Assembly: GCA_963768105.1 (NCBI GenBank)
Contig: CAVYGR010000008.1
Span: forward strand, 163,569-227,568
DNA: 64,000 nucleotides
Direction: 5' to 3'
From: Candidatus Dormiibacterota bacterium
Lineage (GTDB): Bacteria > Chloroflexota > Dormibacteria > Aeolococcales > Aeolococcaceae
Below are positions 60,578 through 64,000 of the stretch, in pieces. The position numbers and the translations under genes were made by a program. The notes below the pieces were generated by a model that was not told the origin of the DNA, ran no database searches, and saw nothing but the letters and a program-made list of their open reading frames with translations. Every line of letters starts with the position of its first letter. The stretch's first letter is position 1.

Positions 60578-62119
60578 ATGCGACGGCAGGTGACCTCCCG
60601 CGGCCTGCGTTGGTCGGCGGGGATAACGGCTGCGTTACTGGTCTCGATCCTGGGGGGACGCGCTGTCATCGCGCAACCCTCCGGTGACGATTGGCCCGTC
60701 TACCTCAACGGTGCTTCGGCCAGTGGGTTCACCGCCGAGACCCTGATCTCACCATCGAATGTCGCCGGCCTCAAGGCGAGAACGGGTTGGCCGGTCGCGC
60801 TGACCAATGGAGCCGTCTGTCCGGGCAGCAGCTATATCTGTTCCAACAAGATCGCGTCTCAACCCACCGTCGCAACCGTCGGAGGCGCGACGCTCGTCTA
60901 CGCCGGCTCCTGGAATGGCAGCGAGTACGCACTCTGCGCATCGACCTGCACGGTCGGTTCGCAGAATTACACATCCGGCCAGGTGGTCTGGAGCACCTAT
61001 CTCGGACGCAACAGCACGTGTGGCACTCCCACCCAGAGTGCGGTCTACGGTGTCACCTCCGCCGCCGCAACCGGCGTCGCCGTGATCGGTGGCGTGAGCC
61101 GGAATGTCGTGTTTGTCGGCGGTGGCGGCAACATCACACTGTCCGGTGGCGTCCTCACCAATGGAACCGCCCAGGAATTCGCACTCGATGCGCTGACCGG
61201 CGCCATCCTCTGGCAGACGCCGCTGGGATCGTCGCCGAGCCACTACATGTGGAGTTCAGCGGTGCAGGCCAACGGCAGCGTGTACGTCGGGATCGCTTCG
61301 GCTGGTGACTGCCCACTCGTACAGGGAGGCGTGGCGCAACTCGATCCGAACAGCGGCGCGGTGCTCAACACGTTCTCAACTGTCGTCGCGAAATGCAAGG
61401 GCGCCAGCGTCTGGGGATCGGCTTCGGTTGATACGTCGGGCGATGTCTACGTCGCCACCGGCAACGGGGGCGGCTGCAAGAATGAGCCGTATGCCACCGC
61501 GGTGCTCAAGCTCAGCCCGACCCTGAGCCTGCTGAGCGCCTGGCAGGTACCTGCAGCGGAGCGGCCGGGCGGTGATTTTGACTTCGGCAGCACACCGACC
61601 GTGTTCGCCGGCACCGTCGCCCCCGGCGGGGCGCTGCGTTCGCTCATTGGCGTGGGGAACAAGAATGGCATCTACTACGTCTTCGACCAGAGCAACGTCA
61701 GCGCTGGGCCGGTGGCACGCCTTCGCATCGCCGTAGGCGGCAGTGGGCCACAGTTGGGCATCATCTCACCCAGCTCCTGGGATGGCAGCACACTCTACGT
61801 GGCCGGCGGCAAGACGACCATCAACGGCACGACCTACACCGGCAGCATCAGCGCCTACGATCCCAACAACATCGCAACGCCGCTCTGGCAGCATGGCTTC
61901 AATCTCGGCGGGCCGATCTATGGCGCCGTCAGCACCAATCCCGGACTCGCGTACGTCGGCGTGGGGACCACGTTCGCCGTGCTCAACTCCTCGAACGGCA
62001 ACCTCGTCTTCACCTCACGAGGAGCCGAATTCTTCGGAGCGGCATCCATATCGCATGGCGCTATCTATATCGGGGACGGCAAGGGGCAGCTGCGTGCGTG
62101 GAGCATCAACGGATTGTGA
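60578..62119 (+). CDS. Secreted PQQ-binding-like beta-propeller protein
   Basis: DWPVY, ALDALTGAILWQ, DFDFGSTP, GNKNG. Confidence 0.82.
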   Translation: MRRQVTSRGLRWSAGITAALLVSILGGRAVIAQPSGDDWPVYLNGASASGFTAETLISPSNVAGLKARTGWPVALTNGAVCPGSSYICSNKIASQPTVATVGGATLVYAGSWNGSEYALCASTCTVGSQNYTSGQVVWSTYLGRNSTCGTPTQSAVYGVTSAAATGVAVIGGVSRNVVFVGGGGNITLSGGVLTNGTAQEFALDALTGAILWQTPLGSSPSHYMWSSAVQANGSVYVGIASAGDCPLVQGGVAQLDPNSGAVLNTFSTVVAKCKGASVWGSASVDTSGDVYVATGNGGGCKNEPYATAVLKLSPTLSLLSAWQVPAAERPGGDFDFGSTPTVFAGTVAPGGALRSLIGVGNKNGIYYVFDQSNVSAGPVARLRIAVGGSGPQLGIISPSSWDGSTLYVAGGKTTINGTTYTGSISAYDPNNIATPLWQHGFNLGGPIYGAVSTNPGLAYVGVGTTFAVLNSSNGNLVFTSRGAEFFGAASISHGAIYIGDGKGQLRAWSINGL

Positions 62120-62330
62120 TAAGGGCGTGCTCGCGCAGAGCTGAGTTGCTACCTCAGCGAGGACCATGTGCTGCCTCGCTGAGGTGCGCAATGCCCCTGT
62201 CGTTGGTATAAAATCGCCGCTGCAACGCAGCGCGCCGGAAGCCACGACGGTGGCTCGGCAGCGTCTGCTGGGGCTAGACCACGGAGGAGAGGTTGACGTT
62301 GGCGGGGGAAAAGTCACCGGCTGGGCCACG

Positions 62331-63461
62331 ATGGTCGTCCTCGTGCTGACGGGCATTGCCGCTATCGGCCCGCGTGGCGTGGACGCGAGTGCCAGCGGTG
62401 CCACGTACCATCCGCTGTGCCCGCCCGCAGCCGGCATGGCCCAATGCCAGGGCGAGTTTCTCGCGGATACGTCCGGGGCGACGCTCGCCTCGACCACACC
62501 GTCCGGCCATACCCCCGCCGATCTCCAGAGCGCGTACCGTCTGCCGTCATCGACCAATGGCTCCGGCCAGACCGTGGCGATCGTCGACGCGTACGACGAC
62601 CCCAATGCGGAGGCCGATCTCGCCGTCTATCGCTCGACCTTCGGTTTGCCCGCCTGCACGAGCGCGAGCGGTTGCTTCCGCAAGGTGGATGAGTTCGGCG
62701 GGACCACCTATCCCCGAGCCGACACTGGGTGGGCAGGCGAGATCTCGCTGGACATCGACATGGTGTCGGCGGTCTGCCCGAACTGCAACATCCTGTTGGT
62801 CGAGGCGAACACCCCGAGCTTGCAGAATCTCGCCACGGGTGTCGACACCGCCGCGACCCTTCACGCCACCGAGATATCCAACAGCTACGCCCGGCAGGAG
62901 TTCAAGGGTGAGACCGCACTCGACTCGCACTATGACCATCCGGGGATCATGATCACTGTCGCCTCCGGCAATAACGCATACGCCGGCGGCACCACGTACC
63001 CCGCGGCCTCGCCGTACGTGACGGCGGTCGGTGGGACCAAGCTGGTGCGCTCGTCGACCGCACGCGGATGGTCTGAGACGGCCTGGCAGAAGACCAGCAG
63101 CGGATGCTCATTGTATGAGCCCAAGCCCGCCTGGCAACACGACTCGGGTTGTGCCAAGCGGACATTGGTCGACACATCGGCTGTGTCAGTGAATCTCGCC
63201 GTCTACGACACCTATAACCAGCCGGGATGGTCGGTCGGCTACGGGACGAGCGCGCCCACTCCGATCATCGCGGGGATCTACGCACTCGCCGGCAACGCGG
63301 CGACGCTGTCGTTTGGATCCTCCACGTACCAGACAGGTGCGTCACTCTTCGACATCACCTCCGGGAGCACGGGCACCTGCGGCACCTACCTCTGCAAGGC
63401 GACGACCGGATACGACGGCCCGACTGGCAACGGGACCCCGAACGGAACGGGAGCCTACTAA
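62331..63461 (+). CDS. Secreted S53/S8 serine peptidase (start possibly TTG ~62293 with frameshift)
   Basis: GQTVAIVDAYD, EISLDID, SNSY, GGT, GTSAPTP, GYDGPTGNGTPNG. Confidence 0.9.
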   Translation: MVVLVLTGIAAIGPRGVDASASGATYHPLCPPAAGMAQCQGEFLADTSGATLASTTPSGHTPADLQSAYRLPSSTNGSGQTVAIVDAYDDPNAEADLAVYRSTFGLPACTSASGCFRKVDEFGGTTYPRADTGWAGEISLDIDMVSAVCPNCNILLVEANTPSLQNLATGVDTAATLHATEISNSYARQEFKGETALDSHYDHPGIMITVASGNNAYAGGTTYPAASPYVTAVGGTKLVRSSTARGWSETAWQKTSSGCSLYEPKPAWQHDSGCAKRTLVDTSAVSVNLAVYDTYNQPGWSVGYGTSAPTPIIAGIYALAGNAATLSFGSSTYQTGASLFDITSGSTGTCGTYLCKATTGYDGPTGNGTPNGTGAY

Positions 63462-63483
63462 CTGACACCAGGCGACAACTCGG

Positions 63484-64000
63484 CTAGGTCGTATCGTTCG
63501 GGTTGGGTGGATGCGCAGCCAGGTACTGCTGCTCAGCCACGGAGATGGGCCGCTGCGTCATTACCGCACCGGTCAGCGGAGCCTGGGAATAATCGAAGGA
63601 GCTTGAGTAGTCGTACGCGCCGCTGTCCGCCGGCGTCAAGGGAGCCAGGGTGAATGCGTGCTCGACAAAGGCGAGCATCGACGCGTAGGTTGCCGGCGCC
63701 GAGTCAGTGAAGCCGGGTTTCGCATACGGGCTCACGATGACCATCGGTACGCGCACCCCGGCGCCCGGAATCGTCGGGGCCACATGATCGTAGAAGCCTC
63801 CCATGTCGTCGTAGGTGATGAAGATCGCCGTCGACGACCAGTCGGGACCGTTCTCGACTGCGCTCACCGCCTGGCCGATCCAGTTGTCGCCGTTGGCCAT
63901 CGACGTTCCGTTGTGCTGCGACGTCTGACCGGTCACGCCTCCCGACGGCAGCAGGACGGAGAGATTCGGTAGCGTGCCTTTCTGCGCATCGGTGACGAAC
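63484..64000 (-). CDS. Phospholipase C/phosphoesterase family, C-terminal part (partial)
   Basis: WSSTAIFITYDDMGGFYDHVAP, GVRVPMVIVSPYAKPG. Confidence 0.9.
   Translation of the reverse strand, partial: FVTDAQKGTLPNLSVLLPSGGVTGQTSQHNGTSMANGDNWIGQAVSAVENGPDWSSTAIFITYDDMGGFYDHVAPTIPGAGVRVPMVIVSPYAKPGFTDSAPATYASMLAFVEHAFTLAPLTPADSGAYDYSSSFDYSQAPLTGAVMTQRPISVAEQQYLAAHPPNPNDTT

Overview
High-GC bacterial window, probably from a soil Terrabacteria lineage (Actinomycetota, Chloroflexota or Dormibacterota-like; this is inferred from gene content only). No rRNA, tRNA, CRISPR array or transposase was seen. Many genes are split by single-base frameshifts, most likely long-read consensus errors. Contents in order: flippase, ThDP enzyme, Zn-ADH, AlkA, YbaK, pntA1-A2-B, a NarL-type kinase/receiver pair divergent from two paralogous MFS genes, two rhodanese sulfurtransferases, a Liv-type ABC system, an OmpR/BaeS-like two-component system, an ECF-sigma-centred cluster of secreted beta-propeller/beta-helix proteins with a transglutaminase, a SARP regulator, a PIN toxin-antitoxin pair, nitrilase, glycogen-debranching enzyme with GT4, a WxL/WxLIP-like surface pair, and secreted phosphoesterases, a PQQ propeller and an S53 peptidase. 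Most notable: each MFS paralog is preceded by a Trp-containing micro-ORF below the ORF-track cutoff, with a perfect GGAGG-N5-ATG and a downstream hairpin (MANWGDVDTW at 10769-10801; MAECGTGWA at 12413-12442), head-to-head with a multi-TM sensor kinase. This is a candidate micropeptide export/sensing system. Second: a promoter with an Rrf2-like operator, a Cys-containing leader peptide and an attenuator-like stem lies upstream of the first sulfurtransferase.
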